This document shows, one piece after another, positions 26,215 through 39,207 of a stretch of 64,000 nt of DNA. Position 1 is the first letter of the stretch; each line of letters begins with the position of its first letter. The DNA is from Vicugna vicugna. Taxonomy: Eukaryota. The translations under genes and the position numbers were made by a program. The notes beneath the pieces are model-generated. The model was given only the letters and a program-made list of their open reading frames with translations. It was not told the DNA's origin and made no database searches. Where the stretch lies: positions 581,560-645,559 of the forward strand of contig MU063009.1 of assembly GCA_013265495.1 (NCBI GenBank), written 5' to 3'.

Positions 26215-27101
26215 CTGGAAGGACATCAGGAAAGTAAGAGGTGCCCAAAAGGGGGACAGGGGCCAGGGCCTCAGTCAAGCACCCACAGAAGGACCAGCCT
26301 GACCCTGCCTTAGGAACTGAGGCTGGTCTTCCTCCTGGCCTCCAAGCCTACCTGGGACCTGTCCATCATCCTGGGAACTGAGAGCACAGTCTCCCACCCC
26401 TCCCCATGTGGCATCGACTCCCCCAGCTCTAAGCTGGGCTCCAGTGTGCCTGTCTGCTCCCCTCACCCTCCCCAAACCCATGGAGGCCAGAGGAATGTTC
26501 TCTGAGTCCGGACTCCAACCCTGCCGGGCCTTCTGCTCTCATTTAGGAAAGTCCTTCAATTTATCTCTGTCTCCAGGGTCACTGTTTGGAAGCTGTCTGT
26601 CATTCATTCAGCAACAAGCCAACTCACTTACCCCTCAAGGACTCAGGGTGCAGGCCACCCCCAGGGACTGGCTCCTCTGTCTCAGGAGAACTTTCTAAAG
26701 ACCCCTGAGCAGTCCCACTGGAACCGCAAAGGCCTCCAGTACTGGGGGCTTTGAAACTTCCCTGGGCAGACTGCCCAAGATCCCCATTTCAAAGATGCTT
26801 TCCAGAAGCATTTCGGGGCTGGGGCGGGGAGGGGCATTGAACATCCGTCTAATAGCAGCATTAAGAGGCGCATTCTCAAGGTCATTAGGACTGAGTGTAA
26901 TCAGCTTCTTTGTTACAAGGACACCTCATTTCACACAAACATGCTCCCTGCAAAGGCAGGAGTGGAATGGACCCAGGGCCACACTTCAGGCTGTGAGAAG
27001 GAGGGACTGCACGTGGCTGTGGAGGCCCGCCCACCTGTCCCCTCCCGACTCCCCGCTCCCCCCATCGCACTCTCAAGCTGACTGGGGAGCCCCACCCTCA
27101 C

Positions 27102-27281
27102 CTCCTTGCAGTTCTCCGAGTTGGAGAAGTGGATGAGGTCGTCGTTGTACATCTCCTGCGTGTTGATGATGTCACTGTACTCCTTCTGGCTCAGGTCCTC
27201 GGGGTTGATGCCATTGGCCCGCAAGAACTCCTGGTAGGCCACACTGAAGGCCTGGCCAATGGACTGGGCGATCAGCTGGGC
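27102..27281 (-). CDS. APBA2: APBA2 exon, end of PTB domain and linker ([29 protein letters not shown]...[10 protein letters not shown])
   Basis: 180 nt, phase 0 to 0, AG/GT flanks. Confidence 0.97.
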
Positions 27282-28523
27282 CTGCGGGGAGGGGCGCCCA
27301 CTGGAGACGAGCCCGGCCCAGAGAGGAGGGGCCGCAGTGGGGCTGGGTGCCAATGCAGAGGCAGCCTGCACAGGGCCCTTCCCTGCCTGGGTGGCCGTGG
27401 CCCTGGTCTCGCGAGAGCTGTCTCCCACCCACATCCCACTATGGGCTCTCCCCCTTCTGCTGCCTGGGGGGCCTGGCACCCCTGGCGGCCCTGACCTGAG
27501 CTGCTGTAAGTCCCAGACATTCTAAGACAGAGCACGGTTTCGAATAAAGTCTGGGGAAACTGAATTCTTCGCTAATGATCAGCTTCATTGCTTTCATAGG
27601 TGACTGTGTTGTATTTTCTTCCCACCCATCTTATTCCACAGACTTTAGGTGTGTTCTTTGGGGAGCATCGCACTTTGAGGTGCTCTCTGTCCACCCGATA
27701 TTTATTTCTCCGAAGCAACAGGACTCAGTTCGACTGGGGAGGCAGGGGTGTGGCTGGCCTCTCTCCCAGGGAGGTGTGGCTTGGCTGAGCTCAGGCCGAC
27801 AAGAAGCATGGGACCTTGGGGACACAGCACAGAGAAAATCATGGAGATCACTTCCTTCTATTCAACGGGACCACTTCTATGGACTTCGTGGAGTCTCTGA
27901 CACCACAGAGACCTGGACCCGGAGCAGTCACTGCAAGAGCTTACATGCCACCTGCTGGTGTGCAGATAAAGGCCAGTGGGAGGCAAAGGCCAGGGACCCA
28001 GCACCTGGGACACGTCAAGCACACACTGGCAGCTGGGCAGTGGGAGCAGTGGGGCCCTCAGTGACCCCTCTGCCCACGGCCAGGCCCCGCCCCCAGCCAC
28101 AGGCTGCAGGAGCCCCAGGTCTGGTCTACTCCCTGCTGCCACCTCCCTCCCCACTGCCAAAAAGGGGACTCAGCATGGGCACCCCCAGCAAACCTCAGGT
28201 CCTGTTGACCCAAAAACAGGTGGAATTGAGGGATTTGGCCTAAATCCCATTCTCTACATGCTGCACAATTCACAGGCTGCAAATGAGTAAGTCTTTGCCT
28301 CAAAGCAGGCTGGGCCAGATAACAGAGGCAGAGCCCAGAGGGAGCCCTCCCTTAGGCAGGTGCTGACTCTAGGTGGGACAGGCCTCCCAAACTGAGCCCC
28401 CAATGGTCTGCGGACAGGAAGCCAGTGTTCCCTCGCCAGGACCAGGACGGTGCCTGGGAGCAGCGTTCTGGCTGTTTGGCAGCTGGGCTCAGAGCTAGGA
28501 CAAGCCGGAGGCGCGGAGCCCCT

Positions 28524-28542
28524 AGACCACCAGGTGGCGCTA
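28524..28542 (+). promoter_or_regulatory. CTCF motif
   Basis: agaCCACCAGGTGGCGCTA versus consensus tggCCACCAGGGGGCGCTA. Confidence 0.6.
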
Positions 28543-29768
28543 CTGGCCCAGATGTGTTGGAGCCCAGGCGATGGGAGCCCAGTAGGGGGCGAGTCCCGGA
28601 GACTGCCTGGCCTAGGCTCAAGCCAAGCTGGGGATCGGGACTTCTAGGAGGAGGCTGGTCCCAGGATGGAGGGTGGATGGTGGAGGGTGAAGGCCTGGAC
28701 CTGCCCTGCCCCACTGGGGTCTCACACCGGCTGCCCCCAGGCCTCCAGGTGGATCTCACCCTGACTGAGGTCCCCGGGCTGGGCAGGGTGGTGTAAGAGT
28801 ATCGCTCTGTTCACCCCATCACTCCCCGAAGACCCTCCTTGAGCTCTGCCTGGATAGCCCCCACCACCTCATCCTGGGGGTAGTGAGGCCATCCACAGCA
28901 GGGCTTCTGGGAACCTCAGCATCTTACCAGCTGCTGGCTGCAATCTCCCATCCCCCCGTCCACCTTGAGTGCCTGCATCCCTCCCACCTGAGCTGGGGCA
29001 GCTCCAGAGGGCTCTCTGGGGGGCTTGGACTCCCCAGCTCTGCAGGTCACAGCCAGCTGTGAACCCAGAAAGATGGGGAGCGTGCACAGGGGCCTCACCC
29101 AGGGGCTGGCACTGGAGGCTAGCACTCAGAGCTGGCCTCCTGCAGGTAGGTGAACGCAGGAAGGGGAGGTTGCCCTGCCCCCAGCACTTTTTAGTGGCTC
29201 ATCAACACTGGCTTTCACTTTACATACAGACATTCCCCCCATGCTGGGTCTCTGAGACTTCAAGCCATTAGCCACACAAAAATGCCTATGCTGATGTCCA
29301 CAGATATCTGCATAATGGTGAAAGGAACATGTGCATGCACTAGTGGGTCTCTATTTAAATTCCCTTCCCTATAAAGGTGTCATTGCTTCAAAGCCCTTGT
29401 AGTTGACTTCAATTTAGCAAAAAGATCACCACCCCCACCCACCAGCCCACTCAAAGGTGAAAACACTGGGACCCTTCCCCACTGTGCCAGGTCCCTGACA
29501 CACCCTCGAGTCCCTTAGTGAAAGAGAACGCCCTTTCCAAGCATCCGTGGAGAGAGAATTTTAAAAAACTCTACTCTGGCAACAACCACAAGAAGGGCTC
29601 AGCCCTTGCCTCCCAGGGTTTCCCTAAGACCTGCAGGGGGGCTCACCTCTTGCCCCGCCCCTCCTTTCCTCCCTCTTCCAGGCTGAGAAAGATGCTTTCA
29701 TCCCGTTCAAGGGAGTCAAAGGGTTTAATGGTCTCAGCAAATCTGTGGTATTTTAAACTTCAGAATTA

Positions 29769-30004
29769 CAGTTGACCCTCGCACCAAACGGGGGTGAGGG
29801 GCGCTCGCCCTCTGCACAGTCCAAACGAATCTGTGTATGAGTGACAGTCGGTCCTCCAGATGCGCGGTTTCTCCGAATCCGCCGTCCAGGACCCACAGAT
29901 TTAACCAACTCAGATCGTACAGCGCTGTAGCATCTACTCTTGACAAAGGTCTGCGTGTAAGTGGACCCGCTCAGTTCAAACCCGTGCTGTTCATGGGTCC
30001 ACTC
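29769..30004. mobile_element. MER8-like Tigger2-derived MITE (236 bp)
   Basis: TA|cagttgaccc ... gggtccactc|TA termini and internal gtaagtggacccgctcagttcaaacccgtg. Confidence 0.75.
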
Positions 30005-30373
30005 TATTTTCCAACTTGTTATGACCTGAAATGGCCACCAGCAAATGCAACCCTGGGGCCTGAGGGTGTGCATCTTAACAGGGCCACTTCATTTGGGGAG
30101 ACACAAAGGGTTTGTTAAAGGATCTTGCCGAAGAACGCCCTTGGTATATTTATCAATGGTTCGATGTATAAACAGCTCCTGAAGAATTTATTTCGTGAAG
30201 CTGAGTTCACGGTCTCTGCATACTCAAAGCGGGTTAGAAAACTCGCTGCTTCCATTGGACGGGTCGGCGCACAGGACCGCCCCCGATACACGGTTTCCAA
30301 GGCGCCTGGGAACCCGGAGCCCCCGCAAGGCTGGGGCGGGGGAGGGGAACATCCTGCCCGCGCGTTTACTTAC

Positions 30374-30559
30374 ATCCTCAGACTCGAACACGTGGCAGAT
30401 CATCTTATACTGCTTCTTCCCCTCCTGGGCCCCGGGGGTGGTCTCGATGCAGTCCTGCGAGGCTGACCGCGGCATGCGGCGTCTAGCCATCAGCACCACG
30501 ATGTTCCCGATGTCCGCGATGTAGGAGATGGTGCGCAGGGCGTGGTCCATCATGGTCTC
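30374..30559 (-). CDS. APBA2: APBA2 exon, PTB core ([28 protein letters not shown]...[12 protein letters not shown])
   Basis: 186 nt, phase 0 to 0, donor gtaagt; hallmark Mint PTB motifs. Confidence 0.98.
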
Positions 30560-30619
30560 CTATCAGGAGAGGCAGGAGAGGGCCCTGGGTTACAAAGAAG
30601 AGCACCCGAATTCGGGGGA

Positions 30620-30832
30620 CTCTCAACCTCAACACCCTTGCGGTTTGGGGCTGGACCACTCTGTATCGGGAAGGGCTGACCCCGCACTGTAAGATGGTTA
30701 ACAGCATCCCTGGCCTCTACTCACTAGATGCCAGCAGCATCTCCTCCTTCCCCAGTTGTGACAAGATCTCCAGCTACAGCCAAATGTCCCCTGAGGGACA
30801 AGGCCCCCAGGGTAGAGAACTTAGGTGAACAG
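30620..30832 (-). mobile_element. MER20 hAT-Charlie relic
   Basis: catccctggcctctactcactagatgccagcagc...cagttgtgacaa...gccaaatgtcccctg is the reverse complement of the MER20 core. Confidence 0.8.
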
Positions 30833-33800
30833 AGCATTTTAGGGTGGTGACTCACAGTCAAGGTGATCAGACTTCACCTTGGCCGCACAGTTTCCAAAAT
30901 GACACTGGTGGGGGTGTGACGCTGGGGAGGAGTGCTGGGTCCCGCGGGAGGAGAGGCAGCAGCTGGCCACGTCCCCACATGCTCAGAGGCCGCCTGTGGC
31001 TCTGGACACGGGTTCCCTTCCTGTGAGGCGGGCGCCCAGCCCAGACCTCCTGCCAAGCAGAGGAGGAAGGCTTCAGAGCCAGTGTTTCCCACGGCTGAGT
31101 TTTCCCCAGGGAGCCCAAGCAGCCTGGGCCGGGTCAGGGGCCCCTGAGGCTGCTCGCCTGACTCTGATCGATGTGTCTGTGCAGCCTCTGACCTGCCTCG
31201 GGCCTGGGAGGCCCATTCCTCTCCACAGCCTTTGTCGTCTGACAGGAGTCTTCCCTGAGCATCCTGCCCGTGACCCCCACCCAAGCGGGCTGCACACAAA
31301 GGCTCTGAGAATCTCATCAGTTTGTCTTTCATGCCTTTGTTCTCTCTCCACAAAGGAAAAGCTGGCACTTCTGCAACTTCTGAAGCCTTTTTCTTCTTCC
31401 CTGAATTCACTTCTGCAGCAGATCCTGCTCCGTATTTGCCCTCCTGGAGCGGCTCTGTTCTCCGGCAGAGGAGGTAGGGTGATTCACAATCACCAGAGCC
31501 CTTCGGGAAGGGACACTGGGGCGGCACGCCAGCATCTCTTGACTTCTGGCCACTTTCAGGAACACCTGTATCGATCTGTCGGTGTCAGTACTGTGCTCCT
31601 CCCCCAGTTCGGAGCTCAGGTCCGTGGCGGAGTTGTCTTCCTCACTGACAGAGTCTGCCATCCTCTCCCCGGCCCTGACTGGCCACGTGAGCCTCCACCG
31701 TTTCCCACATCTGTTCCCACCTCTCCAGTCCTTCTGCGAATGTTTTTTATTTTATCGTCAAACCAAGTTCCTGCCACTACTCTCCTCCAGTCCATCCTCA
31801 ACAGTGCCCCAGCGCAGGTGTCAGACTCTGCGTGGCTGGACAAGTCACCCAAGCCCCGCGGCCAGGTCACCAGGCCACAGCTCTCAGAAGCTTCCTGACC
31901 TCCCACCTCTCCTTCTCCTCACTCTCGGCGACCCCAGAGCCTGCAGGGGCCAGTGCTTGGTCAGCCCATCTTTAGGGAGTGCTGTGCCCCCCGCCTTCGC
32001 TAACCCTTTTTAACCTTCCCTCTCCCCAAGGCCAGCTCTGAGGGTCCCCGTGTGTTTAGATGAGGGAATCTGGCCTCCCTGACTCAGGGATGCCATCATG
32101 TCCTCCTGAGCACACAGGTGGCCGGGTTGGTCTCATCTGCCCAGTAGGACGGTGGGCTCCTCGGGAGCAGGGCACATCTGCTTCCCCCACCAGCCCCGAC
32201 TTCCCGCAGCATGGCAGAGGTTCCCCAGCAGCTGAGCACCGCGGGCAATGACTCAGGCACCAGCTGGTCTCCAGCAAGAAAAGTCATCAACGTTTCCATC
32301 ATGGAGAACGAACGATTGCCCCAGATCTGTTCCCCGACAGTGTGCGCAAACACCCCGTGTTCTCGCTCTCTCTTCCTCACCTCTTCAGCTAAGGGGGCTG
32401 GGACCCCAACTACCCCGGGGCTTTTCTTACCAGCTCACAAGAGAGCTGCTCCCTGCAAAGCAAATGCAGCACGAGGCCACCAGCTCTCACCCCATCTACA
32501 GGCTTGGTGGAGGGGGTGGGTGGGCACGGGAGGGAGAGGCAGGCTCTCCCTGCTGGCTGGGGAGCTGCCTCTCCTGGGGGATGAGGACTCCCCACGTGGG
32601 GGACCCCAGCCATGCTGATACACAGAAACATGGGGAGGAGGAGGAGATGAACAAAGACAGAGTGAGACTCTGGGCAGCAGACCATGTCACCAATTGCCAA
32701 AGTGAGGAGAGATTGTTAAGAGACTGGGCAGCCGGATGGGTCAGAGCGACCAGAAACCAAACCAAAAGTCTGAGAGCTTTCTACTGGAAAACAGGAAATG
32801 ACAACCTCCTTTAAATACCTCGGCCAAGCAGAGGTGAGGTTGGATCAGAGCATTGGGAGGACTCTTGAAGCTGATTCTCAAAGACCACCAGTGTGGCCCC
32901 TAGGAAGACCATAACCAGCTTGCCTCCTGCCCAGGAGTCTGCTGCAGATGCGGAGTCTGGTGAGATGTTGCTGGTCGAGAGCCCTGTGCTGCTGGTCTGG
33001 GAGGTTGTCCCTGCTCTGCCCTCCCCCTGCCTGGCACCTGCGGCCAACCCCGTGGCTGTGTACCTGAGCCCAAGGTGGCCTCTGGCCTCCCAGGACGTCT
33101 GGCCCACTGGAGATCAGGGGAGTATCTCATCTCCCCCAGATCCAAGTCGTCAGCCACACGTCCCTGGGATGGCCCGAACAGAGGGGAAACTCCGAGGTCT
33201 CCTGCTCCGTGGCTGTGGAACATTCCTGCCCACAGAGACCTGGGAAGCCATGGGCACCTACAGCAGCCACTGGAGGGTCCTGCACGGTCTCCAGGGTAAG
33301 AGCTGTGACCTGGGGGTGCAAAGTGTGAGGACAGAGAGCAGCGGGGCAGGGGCCCTGGAGGAGAGGGCCCTAGATGGCAACAGAGCCACACCCCTTGGGG
33401 ATGGGAAGATGCCAGGAGGTCCAAGGTCGCTGTGATGCACAGCTGAGCGGGGCCCACAGCTAGGACTCCCACAGAGACTCTGAAGACCGACACGGAGAAA
33501 GCAGGGCTGCAGGAAAAGCACAGCAGGGCAAAGAGCAGACACAGACGGTCAGAACTGCAGCCCAGCCCTGCTGTGTCCCCAGGAGGTGGGCACCGGCCAC
33601 AAGATGCTGGTCCCAGCACGGCTGCATTTCAACGTAACCACGATGCTGCGTGCGGCCGGCAGGAGGGAAAGTCCATTGTGCTAAGGACTGATCTCGAACG
33701 GGCAGGCAAAGGAAATCGCAGCCTCTGGCTCTGTCCACTCTCGTGAGTTGATGCCCTGTCCTTGGTGACGGCTTTAATGTCAGGCCCTGTTTAGACACCA

Positions 33801-36270
33801 AAGACCTGGAAGGAGTGAAGGGCGGGCCGACAGGGAGGGGCCGGCAGGTGTGAGCCCCGCATGGAGCCTCCTCGTGTACCCTCTGCAGGGCCCAGTGTGA
33901 GGCTCTCCTGGAGAGTCAACGGGGCTCCAAGATGTTCGGGAACTTGTCCGAGGCCTCAAGCCCACAGGGGTGGCCCAGTTCCCCCTCCCAGGCCCCCGGT
34001 CCTGCCGCTGGGTTGCAGCACTTGCCGGAGCATTGGTGAGAGGGGGCCCGACACCACCTTTGGAAAGACTTGCCTGCAGGTGGCCCTCGGCCCCTCTGGG
34101 GACTTGGATTTCAGGAGGGTGTCCGCCACCTGACCTGCTAAGAGTAGCTCGGCACACCTGAGACATTAGGGCAGGCAGCGCGGCCCAGCCTGAACCCCTG
34201 CTCGCCTTTGGGAGTCTGGAACGTGGATACCTGGCAGGAGAGGTGTGTGACCAAGTCCAGCAAAGACCTTGGGCGCCGATGCACTCCAAGCACCCCTGGT
34301 GGCCCGCACTTCACACAAGCTGTCACAGCTCATTGCTGGATGCACAGTTCAGTGCATCCCTCCCGACCTCCCCGGGAGAGGACTCGTGTTTCCCGGGGCT
34401 AAGCCCCGAACATCTGCTCCTTTGCTGGTTTTGCTCCGTATCCTGTGGTCGCAGCAAGGCACAGCCTGGGAGGCCTCTTCTCAACTGATTGCCCTTGGGG
34501 TGGTCCTGGGGGCCCCGGCAGGTGGGGAGGTGAGGGCTGGGGGCCAGAGGAGTGGGAGGGAGGAGCAAGCGTAGACGGTTTGCCCACGAAACACCAGGAA
34601 ACAAAGTGTGAGTCTGAGAAGTCCTACTCCTGAGCCAGTCAGGTGGCTTCCTGCCGTCCCGCCCAGTGCACGGCCCTGGTGTGGAGGTTAGCAGGACACA
34701 AAGACCAGTGGGACAAGGCACAGGCTGGACACGGGGATGGACCCGTAGGAGGAAGGGCAGTGCCCACGGTGGGATGTCCCCGAGGGCGGGCAGGCAGCAG
34801 GGTGCTGGGAGTGGGCTGTGGCAGGAGGTGGCTCCTCTGTCCCCCAGGTGTCAGGTCTTCCTGCCCACCAGGCCCTGGAGGGGGGTGACAGCCAGCGCAT
34901 CTGCCACCTGAGAGCCCTCTTCTGCTGCTCCAAGCAGCCCAGTGATAGGCACTGTCTACACCAGGAGAGAACAAGCAAAAAAAGCCCCCCAGGTGTTGGG
35001 AGCCGCAGTCTAGACTGTGGGATGGCTGACTCGGCGGTGCTGGTCTCGAACAGGTCGTACAGATAAGAACTCCCAGCCTAGAAATACATATATTGTCCAG
35101 CTCTGTCCATGTCGAGGGCCCAGGGTCGATGACACCCCAGCGACAAGGGGCACAGCCAGCACCCAGGTCTCATTTCCACACGTCACACCCGCTAAAATGA
35201 GCCGCGGCTCCTGGAAGAAATGGCTGGTTCCAGGTCTGGGGCAGGGCAAGGTCAAGGAAACTTCAGAACATCTTATGGTCTCAGGAAGCAGGGACGTGTT
35301 CAGAGGCAGAAATTAGGACACCAGGATGACACAAGAGCCAGTAGGAGGGTCCCTGGCCAGATCCGGGATAATCCGAGCACCCAAACGAATAAGTATGGTA
35401 AGATATTATAATACAAGTTAAAAAAAACAATCCACGGGTTCACAGTGAAAAGAAAGCGAAAAAGAGAGAGGAAAAGCAAAAAGAAGATCTTCTTCACAGA
35501 AGCACATTAGATAAGTAGGAAGCGTGACAATTAGAAAATCACCATTTTGCATTTGCAACATCGTAGTCAACCATGACGAGATCCTCGCTGGATGCTAATG
35601 CCACTGGGCAAAGGGCGCCGGGGGACTGGGTGCCCCGGTGTTGCCACACGGATCCACTTGCCGACGGCAAATAAGGGAGGGGCTGTCACCCCAGCATCTG
35701 GCTGTCCTCATCCATCCCCTCCCCTCTGTTCCCAGGGCCACCCCACTTCGTGCACCGGCCCCTCCCTCCATCCCACCCGTGCCAGGGCTCCCCTCCACCC
35801 TCTCCCGGGTTCACAGTCCTCTCTATCTGGCTCCTGTGTCGGCTTCCCTGTCTCCCCACAACAGCAGGTTCCCTGCAGAATCGAGGTCAGACACGAGCTG
35901 GGCACACAGTCTACATCTCAGGACCCCTTCCCGTTGGGGGCCGAAGGCCACCCAGGATTCCTCCTTCCAGCTCCACTCCCCAGCCTGGCACGCAGGGGCT
36001 TCGAGAGGGCTGTTCTAGAATCCCACGGGTGAGTGCACAACTCCGGCCCTCGCCTCTCCCGCATCGCATCCCCATGGCAGCATCAGTCACCGACTGCCCG
36101 CCCGCCCCGGACAGCCAGCCCCCATGGCTCCCCCTCTGCCCCACAGCAGGGTCTGGGGTGACTGTCCTCGGGGACAGCCTTCTCATCCCCGCCACAGGGA
36201 GTCCGGCGGCTGGACCTGGCTCTCCGGGAGTCCCCGATCCGATTTTAAACAGCCGGCTCTCAGCACTCAC

Positions 36271-36357
36271 CTGTGTGTCCGCATTTAACACCTTGATCCT
36301 CTGGGTGGAGATGAAGAGGTCCACTTCGGTCAGAGTCTGGGCATCGCCCTCAGAGTT
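36271..36357 (-). CDS. APBA2: APBA2 exon, PTB ([29 protein letters not shown])
   Basis: 87 nt, phase 0 to 0, ttccttag| and |gtgagt flanks. Confidence 0.96.
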
Positions 36358-36813
36358 CTAAGGAAGGATGGTGGAGACTGTTACAGACCTTTTAAGAAAC
36401 TAATTCAAACAAAGGCCTGACAGTCTTACCGAGGACCCTGAGCGCCCCTAGAGGGAAGAGCTCCTCCGGCAGGAGCAGCCATGGGAGTCTAAGTGCAGGC
36501 CTCCTCCCAGCGCATCCGCAGCTGAGCGAGTTCTCCAGGCAGCCGGCACAGGGCACGGCGAGGAGCGAGGGGACCGCCTCCGGGAGGCTGAGCACCAAGC
36601 GGGTCTGTGTCACAGCATCCAAAGTGCGGCCCCTTGACCCCCTGAGATTCCGGCCTGCCTGCCCACCCTTCCCGAACACGGCGAACACACGGGTCTGTGT
36701 GCAGGAGCTCCCTTTCTTGGACTGGGGATTCCGAGTCTCCCCAGGAGGGGGGAAGACATTTTCAAAGAAGGGGGATTAGAATATCTGCATCTCCTTCTGG
36801 TTTAAAGTCACAG

Positions 36814-37040
36814 CCGTAGATCGGGAGTTCAGGATTTGCAGATACAGACTACTGTATATAAAACAGGCAAACAACGAGATCCTACTGCATAGCACAGGGA
36901 ACTCTATTCAATACCTAGTGACAGCCTACAATGGAAAAGAATGTGAAAAGGAACATGTATGTGTGTATAGCTGAATCACGATGCTGCACACTTGAAACTA
37001 ACACAACATTTACACTGCAGTAAAAAAAAAATTAAAAAAA
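36814..37040 (+). mobile_element. 5'-truncated L1 3' end (cetartiodactyl type)
   Basis: tactgcatagcacagggaactctattcaata motif, A tail, TSD aaagtcacag at 36804-36813 and 37041-37050. Confidence 0.85.
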
Positions 37041-37702
37041 AAAGTCACAGTCATGTCAACCTGCTGGCAGCACTGGACCCACTCTTCCAAAAACCCTGAA
37101 AACAAGGCCTTGAGCGGACCAGGCGCTGCCCTCACAGGACACTGGAGAAGCTGTCTCACAAATGCCCCTTCTGTCATCTCCCGAGGATACCCATCATATG
37201 GCCGCTAGTTATGTATAAAGGAACGTTCTGGAAGCTGAGGGCACTACTCAGGGTCTGCCCCAAACCAGGACGGCCTTTCATAGGTTTCTACACCTGTGGG
37301 AATGCTAACTCCCCCTGCACAGGGACGATGAGATACAAGTTCTCTGGTTCTTCCACTGAGGTGAAGAATTCTCTGTGGTTACTCAGGGGCCCAGAGTAGT
37401 ATACCTTCCACTTCACAGGAGCAGAAGTCGTGATTTAATTTCTCGCTAGGAAATCTGAAACCAAACCCCCCTTGCTGACCATTCCTCAGGAATTCTGAGT
37501 CACAGAGAGGCCCTCTACTGCAATGACAAATTTGGATTTTCACTCAGTTTTCAAGGGAAAAGGTCTTTGGGGCCCTCAGCCCACCACGGGGGACATGGCT
37601 TTTAACTGACTATTAACAGAAGAGAGTCCAAACTAATGCAGCTGAAACAGTCTGCAGGACATCGGAGAAACTTCTTTTTTCTCTGTTTTTAAAAATCTAG
37701 TT

Positions 37703-37822
37703 AAGAATATGAAAAGGAATACATGTATGTGCATGTATGACTGAAACATGATGCTGGACACCAGAAATTGACACAACATTGTCAACTGACTATACGTCAA
37801 TAAAAAAACAATGCTAAAAAAA
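37703..37822 (+). mobile_element. Short L1 3' end
   Basis: gaatatgaaaaggaatacatgtatg...gacacaacattgtcaactgactatacgtcaataaaaa. Confidence 0.75.
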
Positions 37823-39171
37823 AATCGGGTTACAGTCTCCATCCCCATGCTTTTCAAGGTTATTTTCTGGAATTATGGCTCAAAACCTTCTTTCCAAAAG
37901 GCAGGTCCGGCCAGAAGTAAAACAACAGTTGCAGGTGGACCCTGGTTTTAGCGACAGTTTGGGGGGACACATGAGCCTGTGATACACTTGACAGGAGAAG
38001 AGGGAGCAAGCTTGGGGGTGACTGGGCTCCAGGTGGGGGTCAATGGAGGAGACTGAAGTCTGTTCAGTAACAGGGAACGGAGAGGCCATCCCATCATACT
38101 CCCTGCGGGAAGAAGGGAGGGGGACCTCAGACAACTGGGGGGCTTGCACATCTATAGATGGGGACCACAGCCCCAGTCACCAGTGAGTCCGTGGCGGGAG
38201 GACATGCTGACTCAGGGAGACCTTCCAGTCATCATCGGCCTGCCCAGCTGCGGGCCAACCAGGAAAGGGGCCTTTGGCAATGACCCTGAGCACCTTCCTG
38301 CCTGAGAGAAAGAACAATCCTTCCTGGAGGTAATAGGCTGGCCTCAGCCGGCCGCTGAGGCTGTCTTGCCTGCGCCGGCCCCCTCCGGGCTCTCCAGACT
38401 GCAGACCCGAGGAGCAGGCTGTGGTCCACCCTGACCGTTCTGCAAATATCACAGGGAGAGAGGGCTGGCCGCAGGGGGAAGGGAGACCCCAGACAAGATT
38501 CTCGGACCACATTGCCAGAATGCGGTGTTCCTGGTGGGGACAGAGAACTAACTCTCGCTGTTAAATCTACAAGCCAGGGCAGTCAGTGCCCTCCAACACC
38601 AAGCATTTGCTATTTCCCACCTTGAGAGGATAGTCAGAATATAGCCAGTATTTACCAAATGATCAGGCTGAGGAGCCAATCACTGAAGGCCAACTTGAGA
38701 TTTTTAAGTCTGCTCTAGAAACTTCTCAATAGAGAGAGCATCTCCCAGGCAAACTGAACATCTCATCAGCCTGATTCAGGAAATTAAACTTCATGCGTCT
38801 TTAAATGTCACAACCATGTAATTAATTCTGTACAGGGGGCCTCGGAAAGAAATGAGTCACATGGTCCTAGCAAATGCCACATTTAAGAACGTCTACTCGA
38901 AACAGCAGCATCATGACAATAACACGCTCTCTAGCTCACAGACACGCAGAAAGAGAAAAATGCAAAAGGGCAACTATTAAATTCTTCTGTAAGGGGGTGG
39001 TAAAAACAACAAAAGGTGTCGTGATTGCATTCGGAAGTCTAGCACCTACCCAGGGAGGAGGAAAACACTCACTAGCCACAGCATTTCTGACCCCAGGGGA
39101 CCCTCCCTCCCCCCTCCCCCACTGCACCGGATGAGCCAGAGATAGACAAGCGAACCCCACACTCTACACAC

Positions 39172-39207
39172 CGCTTTTTTCTTGATTTTAGCAGCCTTTT
39201 GCATCCT
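39172..39207 (-). CDS. APBA2: APBA2 36-nt in-frame (probably alternative) exon inside the PTB domain ([12 protein letters not shown])
   Basis: Long U-rich tract then ctgctcag|, donor gtgtgt; phase 0 to 0; matches the 12-aa segment absent from a recalled human APBA2 isoform. Confidence 0.9.

Noticed and set aside
30996-31898. 300-aa + strand ORF and overlapping 217-aa - strand ORF
   Set aside because: No recognisable homology or splice support; not part of the APBA2 reading frame, which is already complete.
36440-36455. CTCF-like ccctctaggggcgctc on -
   Set aside because: One G short in the core, which breaks motif spacing.
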